Assembly (NCBI RefSeq): GCF_963506605.1
Contig: NC_083277.1
Location: 83,762,001-83,826,000, forward strand
DNA from: Zootoca vivipara
Taxonomy: Eukaryota
Direction: 5' to 3'
Length of the DNA: 64,000 nt
Under the pieces are notes generated by a model. That model saw nothing but the letters and a program-made list of their open reading frames with translations, had not been told where the DNA came from and ran no database searches. The position numbers and the translations under genes are program-made. This document shows positions 1 through 11,500 of the stretch, piece by piece; positions within the stretch are counted from its first letter, which is position 1, and every line of letters begins with the position of its first letter.

Positions 1-1253
1 CTCTGACTGTTCTCCTAAATTGTGGTTTTTAAAATCTACAAGATTTTATTTGTACTATTTGTGCTGCTCCACAATATGCCCACATCTTATGATTGCCCCC
101 ATTTCTGCTTCACCTGGCTTTACTCTCATCTGAGAGGCAAACTGGAACTCCTGACCACTTTCCCTTTTGTGTATGTTTGTGTGTAGAGGGAAAAAAGTTT
201 GCCCATTCATTGGAAAACTGTAGGTGCACTGTAGATAACTCACAGTAGAGTTGGGATCATGTGGTTCATGGAATTGGGACTAGGGATGTTGGAGAATTCT
301 AACAAAAATGGAAACAGGGACAGAAATTGCTGGTGTTCACTTACTGATCCCATACTGGAATGGAAGTCAATCCAGTGAATACAATTGGTATTTGCTGTTG
401 TCGTTTTCAGTCTACAAATGATATGGAGTATGCTTTTTCCTCTGTTTCCATTGTGTTTCCTTTGCATTGAAATGAATGAGGTGGAATAATGTAATTTCAC
501 CACAGTGGACAGTGAAATGAATAACATAGTTTTTTGGGGGAAGGTGAACTGCAGTGGAGCGGAACCGGTGGTGCATGTGATGAATGCAGGGCAGGATGGA
601 AAACAGTGCCTGCTTGCCTCCCTAACTGGGGCTGGGGCAAAGAGTTAACCATCCCTCTCCCATCTCCACATCTTGCCCCACATCTCATCTGGTTTGGTCC
701 CCATGTACATCCAGATACATTTGATGCTTGTCCAAAAGGGGAATGGGAAGCCTTGAGTCAGGATTGTGAAGAAATCAGGTTTGGCATTCGCTAAACCAAA
801 CTACGGTAGCAAATGAAAATGACAAGGTGCTGCAATTTGGCAGTTCTTGACTTGTGGCTTAACAAGCAGCGCTGGAAGCTATTCAAAAAAGTTGGGCAGA
901 AATAATAATGTGCAGTTAGGAAAGTTGCAAACAAGCCACCACAAGGGTATTTTGCCTCATTGAGGATCATTTGCTTGTTACAGAACCCCTGGGGTGTGAA
1001 TCCCTGGGGTGTCATTAAAAAAAACTAGATCCAAACACACATTCCCTGCAGGCAAAATCCCACAGTTCCCTGTGTTGATGACACAATGAGCTCCCTTAAC
1101 AGTGCGCAAAGTGTAAAGCAGAGACAGGACAGTGGGACAGTATACTGTATACACAGAAGGGCCTAAGAGAAGCCTCAAACCAATGAGAAATCCCTACACG
1201 CCACAACTAGTCCCCATTCACTAAACTCAGTGCACAGCTTGCTTGGAAGAACA

Positions 1254-1284
<31 letters not shown>

Positions 1285-1321
1285 CTTCTTCTTCTTCTTC
1301 TTCTTCTTCTTCTTCTTCTTC
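1254..1321. repeat. (CTT)n microsatellite
   Basis: Read directly from the sequence. Confidence 0.95.
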
Positions 1322-1324
1322 TAT

Positions 1325-1740
1325 ACGACTGTACTACTAGTAATTTATTTCTTATCTTCCTTCACCCTAAGGTCCCAGGGTGGGTCACAGCACTTAAAAC
1401 AAAATGTTAAAAACAGTTTAAAACACATCAGAATCACATGAATAGGGTGTGTCCTAAAAATATACTCCCACAACTGTTAAAGACCAGGCAAAATAGATGT
1501 GTCTTGAGCATACAACATAAACTGTATAGTGAAAGTGACAGACACACCACTGTGGGGAGTGAATCCCACAGCTTAGAAGGGGGTCATGGACAATGCCCTC
1601 TCCCAGGCTGCCACCACCCGTGAGAGCAGTGGAACTACCAAGAAGGCGCCTTCTACTGATCTTAAGATCCGAGAAAGGGTGTGGAGAAGGAGGTGGCCTT
1701 TCAGATATTTGGGGGCTAAGCTGTTTAGCATGTTAAACTC
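1325..1740 (-). mobile_element. Old L2 3' fragment
   Basis: Minus strand encodes PKYLKGHL...LRSVEGAFLVVP. Confidence 0.6.
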
Positions 1741-1821
1741 TAATGTGTTTGTGTTAAGGAGGAGAAAGTGTGTAATAACAGGACAACCCAATCTGCTTAA
1801 AGCATCCTGGATTATTGTTAG

Positions 1822-2017
1822 AAGGAGGAGAAGAAGAAGAAGAAGAAGAAGAAGAAGAAGAAGAAGAAGAAGAAGAAGAAGAAGAAGAAGAAGAAGAGGA
1901 GGAGTTTGGATTTGATACCCCGCTTTATCACTACCCAAAGGAGTCTCAAAGCGGCCAACATTCTCCTTTCCCTTCCTCCCCCACAACAAACACTCTAAAC
2001 CGCTACACCACACTGGC
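1822..2017 (-). mobile_element. Same Squam3-like SINE with an internal deletion and (CTT)n tail
   Basis: Matches both ends of the 26629-26946 copy but lacks the middle. Confidence 0.72.
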
Positions 2018-2461
2018 TTGTCTTAGTTTCCAAGTTTAAGCTGCAAAGGATGGTACTCTGCTGATCTCACTAATGTTAGCAAGGAAGGATAATAACTAAA
2101 CAATATGTCCCCTCATAGCGCCTACTGCCTCCTACAGTGATGATGCTTGTTATGCACTTTGCCACTGCATAGCTGTCTTTTTTTTTTCTTATTAAAGGGG
2201 CAGCTAGATCAGGACTGGCGAAAGAAGGCTTTAGCTCTTTGTCTCTGCAACAATCCCATTCACAATTGTACATATATACAGTTAGATTGTACACAACTAA
2301 GCAGTTCAGCCATCCTTAGCTAAGGAAGGGCTATCCCTTGCCCCTTTCCTGCAGTGATTTGACTGCGAGAATGGCACTTTCCCAGTGGCTTTTATCTAGT
2401 TAACACTAATATATATTCCCCCCTCCCTTGAGCAGTGAGGCATTAGTCAGGCATCGGGGTG

Positions 2462-2510
2462 CCTGACTTTCCTGTGGTTTGTTACATAGAGGAAGCTGAT
2501 AGTGATAGAA
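2462..2510 (+). promoter_or_regulatory. Gene A proximal promoter module (RUNX TGTGGTT, ETS AGGAAG, tandem TGATAG x2)
   Basis: Motifs lie about 75-110 bp upstream of the ATG and are conserved in order with genes B and C. Confidence 0.6.
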
Positions 2511-2583
2511 AGAAGGCAGAAGCATCCGGTTGCCGAGCTTTAGCTGCTTTGGAAACCATTACAGAAGAAGATTTGAGGCCACC

Positions 2584-5500
2584 ATGGATGACGGCTATGA
2601 GATTGAAGAGTATCAGAATGACATTGTTTCAGAGAAACTGCCCCATGCTTCGGAAATGTCCTCGAAACATGGAGGAACAGGTAAACATTTACACTGGCTT
2701 CCTTTCCCCTAATTTCAGTCCCGTGGCTTCCTCATTTCTCCTGAGCTGACCATGTGCTCAAAGGAACAGACTCTACACTCCCGAAGCATAAGCTTTAGCA
2801 ACATCATAGCCTCAAAATATTTGGGTAGGTGCCCTGACAGTTCCCAGCATGTGCAATTGTAAAGTAGAGTAATGTAAGGGTGGCTACTGCTTCCTTCCTT
2901 CCTTCTGGGCTCTGCCTCACCTTTAGGTGGTCTAGCCAGGTAGCTGTGTCCAAGGCTGCATGGAGGAACAGGTCTTGATACCAAGGTGCTAGCCAGCTCA
3001 AGAACAGCCTCTACAAAATTAAAGGGAGGGAGATCTAGTAACATCTCTCAAGAACAATGGGTCTGTGTTTGGAAGAATGCCTCTATAGGTGCATTAACTA
3101 AAAATAAAAACTCTATAAAATATGTGAGGTGCGACGGAGGGAGAGAGACCATTGCATATGGCAATATGTATCCAGCTTTCAATATATATACATTTTGCAC
3201 AGGGGAGACTTTTCTCTGAACAGCATTTCCCCAGGTTGGGACAACTCATTTTTGATTGTATGAAAATATTTTACTGCTTAATACAAAAGTAAAAAAGGAC
3301 ACCCCCCCAAAAACCCCCTCACAAAACAGCAAGAAGCATACAAGTCAAGGAAACCATTCATAAACCACATAGTAGCATTACTATAGATTACAAAATATAC
3401 AAACTGAACCAAAATGCCTAACAATGGTCCACAGGCCATCTATGATCACTGAGACAGTAGCCTTCTGTGAGAGCAAGAGGGATGGAAGTACATATTTGAG
3501 AATATAGAGCAAGAACGCTCAATCTGAAGTGCAGAATGCCTGGGACTTGCCCTTTCTCTCTCTAGAAACAGTGACTATTGGTGGTGAGAATAACAACCAG
3601 GGCTATGACTACATCATAGACGAGGACATGCTGATGAGAAAACTACCAGAGAAAGAACTGGAAACAGAGCAGGGTGAGAAATATAGATTATAATTATATA
3701 GATTATATTAAGATGATCTGCCTCTTACATGTTAAAAAATGTAAATGTGTCTAATGGAGTGTGCAATACTGAAAACAACAGTTTTTAAATTGACTTATGC
3801 TCCTCAGAAATGTGGCTAGTATTAAATCATTGATAAAGGCAATTTCCTCCCTCCTTGTTCTTGTGTTCCTAAACAGGAGTGGGCAGATCTCAGCCCTGAG
3901 ATATACCAATTGAAGACAGGAGTAAAACATATGTTGGGGACAGACATACACTTAGACCACTTCCAGACTATTTTGCAGATGGGAATTCAATTGAATTCCA
4001 GATTATCTGGAAACAACCTTAGACAGGATGAGTACATGCTCAGCCCATGTATTTGTTTTCAAGGTGGTAGAACTGAGTGCATATTCCTATCCCACAAAAA
4101 TCCACTCTTTGTCTCCCTCAGTTACCTGCCTAATTTGAAGGTACATAGTGTCTTCTTGGGTGTAGGTGTTTGCCTTTGTTAAACAATTGCGAATCGGAAT
4201 CCCTTTGCCAGTCTAATGTAAATCACAAACAGAGCCAACAGTAGACCCCAGTCTACCTTCTACCCATCCCTCAAAATCAAAATGTTAATGACAGAAAAAC
4301 ATAGAATATGGGCTGCCCTTTCAAGGAGCATCGCATATGTTGCCCTTGGAAATTATGACCCAGGAGCATTAGAGTTGCATGACCACCGTTCATATTCAAA
4401 CGTGCACAATGCAGATCAGGAAATGGTGGGATCTGCACTATTGTCTGTCTCAGGGATTGCCAGCATGGCACACACAGTGTCTTCTACAGGGCTTGTGAAA
4501 TTTCTCAGTGAATATCCCCTCAGAAATCCACGATTCGTAAGATACTGTTTGCTCTTCCTGTTTGCACTGGCTTGGCCTCTCCTACATGGAACACACTCCC
4601 TTAAAACATACCCACATTTCATTGGGTGATAGGATGGACACCCTCTCTCCCTTCTATTCTGAGCAGAAGTGCAAATACTGTAACTTTTCTCTGTGAGCAA
4701 GGATGGTAGTGGCTGGTGTAGGTGCCTTTCTTCCATTGATGGGCCTGCACCATTTTTGCATTTCTGTCTCTTTTTCTGCTCTTTTTTTAAAAGACATGGA
4801 ACCATTTTGTATACTGCCCCACCCTATGGTGACCATTTTGTGTTGTTCCACCTACCTTACCCACGGCACATTCTCAAAATTCCAAATGTGTCCACTGGCC
4901 CCCAGAAGCTGGCAAACTCTGCTCTATATAGAATATGGTAGTGGGTATCAGTAAGCTTGCATGCCCCCAGTCCATAGAGGGCAGGGATGACACTAACAGA
5001 CAGTCAGGGAAAATCTACTTTGTGGTTTCCCACTAACCACCTAAGCTCCACTCCTTCCTCCTGCTCTCTCTCCTTCCTGCTGCACAAGGCAGCCATGAAA
5101 CCTTCCTTCACAATGTAAACGTAGAATCCAAAGCCATCCTTCTGACAATGAATAACTGTAGGTACAGAACCTTTTGTTCTTTACCAAGGGAACTCCTGTG
5201 CACATATTTCATTTTAACTTTTAAAGCAATGCTGGTGATATGTGAATGAGATAGATGCTGGGTTGTGGGTTAGCTCCAGCTTCCAAGCATTTCTTTTTTA
5301 AAAACAATAACACACACCTCTGTTAATAACTACTGTGAATGTCTTCTCATTTCTTTCTAGCTCTGTTTGCATCCAGTTTTGGCAAATGGGACCGCCACAG
5401 GATAACCTTTGTCATAATCTACCTTCTGACAATCTTTTCCCTGATAATGGCAAATGCTGCCTTTGTGATTGCGTTTCTCAGATGTAAGTCCAGGTTTGAA

Positions 5501-8500
5501 GCTAATTGCTAGCTTGAGTCTGCATCCTCCATAGCAGGCCATGGGCAATGACTGCTCCAGGGCTGGATCAGCTGGGTTTATGTTTGTGGGTTCACTGACC
5601 AAGTCTTACAGCAGTTGCAGAAAAGAACATGAAATGGTCTGGCCATCCTTTCAATATTTAAACTCCTGCCCCTTAGGGTTTCATAGATTTTCAGACCTCT
5701 GCAGACTTGTGGCAAGGCATGACTTAGCTGCTGAAATTGTATACCCAGGCATTCACTGTACGGTATAGGAGCCCTAATACTGAAAGCCTGTGGTTGGTTA
5801 CAGTGATCTCTTAAACTTGATGGTGCCTTTCCAAGAGGACTGAGCTCTGCTCACCAGTTCTGTTCTTGAAAAAGAGCCATGGAGGAAACTAGCTCCCATC
5901 CTGCTATGTCAAAAACTGGCAAGGACCAGCAAGCACACATGCATATGCTGAGCCTGGATTCCGATGCTTTAGAGTTGGAAAAAGTTCAGAAAAGGGCAAC
6001 CAAAATGATCAAGGGGATGGAGTGACTCCCCGCTGAGGAAATGATGCAGTGCTTGGGGACTTTTCAGCTTAGAGAAAAGGCAAGCAAGTGGTCACATGAT
6101 AGAAATTCATAGTTTTATGCATGGCATGGATGAAGTGTGTGTGGAGAAAAGTTTTTCTCCTTTTCTTATAACCCTAGAACTCCCGGATATCCAATGAAGT
6201 GGAATCTTGGAGGTTTCAGGACAGATAAAAGAAAAAAGTACTTCATGCAGCACATAGTTTAACTATGGCATTCACTCCCAGTGGAGGCAATGGTGGCCAC
6301 CAACTTGGATGGCTTTAAAAGAGGATTGGGCAAATCCATGGAGGATAAAGCTATCAATGGCTGCTTAGCATGATGGCTCTTATCTGCCTCTATAGTTGCT
6401 CAAAACTGCAGGGCAGCAGGGAGGGTACTCTTGTGCTCAAATCCTGTTTGTGGGTTTTCTAAAGGCATCTGATTGGCCACTGTGAGAATAGAATACTGGA
6501 CTAGATGGGCCATTGGTCCAGCAAGCTTTTCTTATGTTCTAATGTTATGTGATGCTCAAGCTACTGTATGAATCAATTAACATTGTGTACTACAATATGG
6601 ATGAACAGAAAAGACAAACAGGCCACACGTGTGCATTTGCTAAGTGTCCGTCTGTAGCGGTATATGGTGCCACTCACAAAAACATCCTGTAAACAATGAG
6701 GCATTCATTCTGTGCTGCATTATTTCATGAATCTGTGTATTGCAGGCTTTCCAATATGTGCATTCAATTGGCATGAATTCCAGGACAAATGCTACTACTA
6801 CTCCAGAAAACAAGTCCCTTGGGAAAAGGCCAGGAGCACCTGCCAAGACCTGAGTGCAGATCTGGTGATTATAGGTAGTGAAAAGGAACAGGTGAGTTTT
6901 CCCTGTGATGGACATCTTGCACAAGAAGCCCCTCTTCTGCTACCAGGAATGTTATGTTTGCAACCTACCAGTACCTTAAATCTTCCCAGTCAGAACAATA
7001 AGGAAGGCAGCACACAAACCCAACTGCTAGGTGTAACCACATGGAAAGGTGTAGTTAAAGACCAGCTTGGGGAGCCCCGAATGACAGCTATTCCAATTAA
7101 TTCTACTTTCTTCTCAAATGAAATTCTATCTTTTATATTGCTACAAAGGTTGGGTGCCACCCCCGAGTGGTAACAAGATTCCAGGGAGTTCCAGGCACCC
7201 ACCCAGGGTCTGTGTTCCTTTGGAGAATTGAGAAATGGCAGAGACTTTAAGAAATATAGTTTATTCACCTATTTACACCTTCAGTCTGCATGTTGGAAGT
7301 CCCAATCTTACAGCATGGTGATCTCAAGCAGAACTTGTTTCCCAGAACCAGTGCAGCACAGGAGTCAAAGACATCTCTCCCAGCCAGTCTTCAGCCAGCC
7401 TGCCCAAGATGGAACTCACTCTTTCTTCTTCCCAGCCCACCTTGTTCTGAAGACTCTCCTTTCCTGACACCTGAAACACACACCCCATCACCATGGCAAC
7501 CTCTGTCTGCCCAAGCCCAAGAATCATTTTTGAGCCATCAACAACTTTTGTCATGTTTAATGCCCAGGTGAAGAGCTGGCTTGGGAAGGAAGCTTAGCCT
7601 GTTTCCCCCTACTGGCTTGCAATCTTCCCTTCAGTACTCTAAATAATCAAATTCCTACCATTTATTAATTTCTAGGGTTTAGAGGAGGTCCCCCTTCACA
7701 AATCTATAACAATTTGTTTTTCATTATGATCAAACAAAAGTAGATGTTTATTGCAGTGAAGAAGGTTCAATAAGAAAGCGGTGTCACATCCCTAAGGCAC
7801 TTTTCACATGGGCCAAACTTGTAAAAAGGTAAAGGGACCCCTGACCATTAGGTCCAGTCGTGACCGACCCTGGGGTTGCGCGATCATCTCGCATTATTGG
7901 CCAAGGGAGCCGGCATACAGCTTCCAGGTCACGTGGCCAGCATGACAAAGCCACTTCTGGCGAACCAAAGCAGCATACGGAAACGCCGTTTCCCTTCCCG
8001 CTTAGAGCGGTACCTATTTAACTACTTGTACTTTGACGTGCTTTCGAACTGCTAGGTTGGCAGGAGCTGGGACCGAGCAACGGGAGCTCACCCCGTTGTG
8101 GGGATTCGAACCGCCGACCTTCTGATCGGCAAGCCCTAGGCTCTGTGGTTTAACCCACAGCCCCACTTGTGTTCTTTGGTTCTTTTGCATCAAATGTAAA
8201 CAAACTAAACAAAAATGCCTCTTACTGAGGTGTCTTTGGTCCTCCTGGTCTGCCAGTAACTCTTCTGACTGGCAGAGGCTCTTTGAGGTCTCTCAAGCTG
8301 AGGTCTCTCCCAGATGTGCTTCTGGAGATTCTGCAGTACAAGTAAGCTTCTCCTTGCATACCTCCTAAATGCTTTCACTCTCCAGCGATACTTACAGTGG
8401 TACATCGACTTACGAATGACTCGACAACCGAATTTTTCGACTTACGAATGGGTGCAAATGGCTGCACGCTTATGAATTTCTTGACATCTGAACGGAAACC

Positions 8501-11500
8501 ACAGAGTTTTTAGTTTAGTTTTTGAAATGTTGTCGTGTTTGCCACCCTGGGCTGCTTCAGGAGGAAGGTGGGGTATGAATTCAATAAATATATAAAAGAA
8601 GTAAATAAAGATGTTCTTCTAATGTCAGCTTTCTACGTTCTAAATTCTTGTAAGAAGATACTGTTCCCCCCACTGTGTATTGAATGAAGTTTTTTTGACT
8701 CTAAAATCATGTCCAAAAACTGGGGTTGTCCAATACACGGATACTGGCATTGGGGGGGGGGGAGAAGCAGCATGCCGCTGGCAGGAGTGCAGCTTCCCCC
8801 GATGCTGCAGCGAGCGATCTGGGGTGTGTGTGTGTTTTCTGCCCACAGCTGCGTGGGGGGGGGGGAGAAGCTGCGCACTGCCACCCAGCTCGTTGGCAGG
8901 AGCGCAACTTCCCTCGATGCCACTGCATGCGGGAAATGATCTAAGGAGTGTTTCCTGCCCACAGCTGCATGGAGGGGAGAGGCTCAACAACTTTGGGCCA
9001 TCTCACCTCATTTTCTTAAAACTGAGTCCCCAAAAATGGGGGTGGGGGTATTATACATGGGGGCGTCTTATAGACTGAAAAATACGGTAACTGTTTTGCA
9101 AGAGTTAAAATTCCCTGTCCCAAAGTTGGGGCTTGGAGACAAGAAATCTCTGGCTGTGTGAACACATTCATTTTTGCTCTGCATTCAGTTTGGGATGCAG
9201 TGAGCACATGACGTTAGAAAAAATTCATATCTATCCTGTTCTTTCTTATGAAGCACCACGTGTCAATGTATCCACACACACACACACAAACACCGTCCAA
9301 ACCATCTTCAATTTGAATTGCGAAAAAGAACAACCTAGCTTCGCTTCAAGTTGTCAATGTGAAGCCTGAAAGGACAAGAAAAACAGGATGGCAGAAGTTC
9401 ACCCATCCCTCAGCATGCTAAGTGTGTGCTCTACTCCTGAACTATGTGAACATGTGCATATGATTTACTCACATTTGTACAGAGACACATGGGGTGCACT
9501 CCCCAGGCCCACTGCGGGGAACACTGGGGAGCAGGTGAGGAGAAAATCCATCAATTCTCTATCTTTTTCCTAGGATTTCCTCGTTTATAACATGAAAGAG
9601 AAGACCTCACAGTGGATTGGCTTAAGATACACGACAACAGAAATGGCGTGGAAGTGGGTGGATGGCACAAATGCCTCTTACACTTGAGCTTTCATTCTTT
9701 CAGTGGATTTATCTCAGATCTCTCGTGATGTTTCAAAAGCACAGCTGGCCAGCTATGTTAAAGAGAGTTATATCATGCAGCGGCTGGTCTTTTATGGATA
9801 AGAGAATGGATCCTGTTGGAGAACCCAGAGATACTAGATCTGGAAGGGTACAAAAATTGGCATGGTTGGCATTCCTATTTATTGTACGAAAAAGTAAGAG
9901 TACATAGAGGTTTCCTAAACCATCTAGTAAGAAAATCTTTATATAATATATGGGCCAAATTTAGAGGAATACTGGAACCAAAGATACCACTGTGGGCTTC
10001 ACCAGGAGAAGCTACAGCAGTGAAAAAACTAAATATGGAAACAAAATGGATAACATATAGAGAAATGTTGGAAGGGACAAAGGAAAAATTAAATTTGAAA
10101 GAATATGAAAAAATCAAATTGAACATAACAGATTGGTTCCAATATTTCCAGATAAGGCAGAGGTTTATGGAAGATCAGAAATTAGGAATTGCAGAAGAAA
10201 CATCAAAGTTTGAAAAAATAATAACGCAGAAGAAAGGAAAGTATATCTCGCAATTATACAATACTCTATTGGAATGGGAATTATTCGAGGAGCGAACAAA
10301 ACCAACCATGATAAGATGGGCCCAAGACTTGGGCCATAATATTTCAATAGAACAATGGGAAAAACTCTGGCAAAAAGATATAAAATTTACCCTATGTTAC
10401 ACACTAAGAGAGAACATTCTTAAGATGATGTACAGATGGCACCAAACACCAGACAAATTGGCCAAAATTTACAAAAATAGATCCCACATGTGCTGGAGGT
10501 GTGAAAAAGAAAGGGGTACATTTATGCACATGTGGTGGAGCTGTACAGAGGTGGGGGTGTTTTGGAATAATATATACAGTAAAGGTAAAGGGACCCCTGA
10601 CCATTAGGTCCAGTCGTGACCGACTCTGGGGTTGCGCGCTCATCTCGCATTATTAGCCGAGGGAGCCGGCGTAAGAACTAAAAAAATTATTAAAGTGTAC
10701 ATTTACTAAAAGACCAGAGACACTCCTGAGTATAATGCCAAATGAAATGGAGAAAACAAAGGTAACATTACTTATGTATGGAACAACAGCGGGTAGAGTA
10801 TTAATAGCGAGAAATTGGAAGAATAAGGTAGTGCCCAGTATAACAGACTGGCAAGCACTAATGATAGAATATATGCAACTGGCAAAAACAACTGGTAGAA
10901 TAAAAGGTCAAACTAAACAAAAAGTCAATAAGGAATGGGAAATTTTTGAAGAGTATTTGAAAAAGAATAAATTAAAAGAAACCCCATTGGCAGAAATAGA
11001 CTGTACCTTGTAAAATAAATTATTAGACATCAGTTGGAATGAAAATAAACAACACATATATCACTGTGCAAAATATAAAGGAAATAACAAGTTTAATTGG
11101 AAGTCTGTTCAGAATCTGGTGAAGAAAGTGTGAAGATGAAAGTAATAGAATAACGTGATTTTTAAGATTAGTGTGGGTTATGTGTATGTTTTTGTGATGA
11201 GTCGTATGTTGGGGGACGGGAATTATGTAGGTATGTATGTATGTATGTATGTATGAGTTAGTCGTGTAGGTATGTATGAATTAGTTAAGTGTTAGTATGG
11301 TGAGTTTATATGTCCGTAAATGTGAAGTTGTTTGTTTCAATCTATTTGCTTCATTTTTTTGTTTTAAACAATAAAGACTTTATATATATATAAAAGATAC
11401 ACAACAGAAGAAATGGCGTGGAAGTGGGTGGATGGCACAAATGCCTCTTACACGTGAGCTTTCATTCTTTCAGTGGATTTATCTCAGATCTCTCGTGACG

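Noticed and set aside
345-411. Minus-strand segment bounded by AG and GTAAGT (LKTTTANTNCIHWIDFHSSMGS)
   Set aside because: No recognisable domain or partner exon within the window.
1573-2039. ORFs with poly-Leu, poly-Arg or poly-Glu
   Set aside because: Translations of the (GAA)n SINE tail. The same applies to ORFs over microsatellites near 22362, 26040 and 26599.
3877-4030. Strong acceptor followed by LRPLPD, resembling exon 2 of gene A
   Set aside because: The phase-compatible frame has an early TGA and no clear donor; at most a decayed duplicate.
4282-4629. Intronic ORF with ITIM-like IAYVAL and a hydrophobic end
   Set aside because: The nearest acceptor gives the wrong phase for gene A, and there is no counterpart in B or C.
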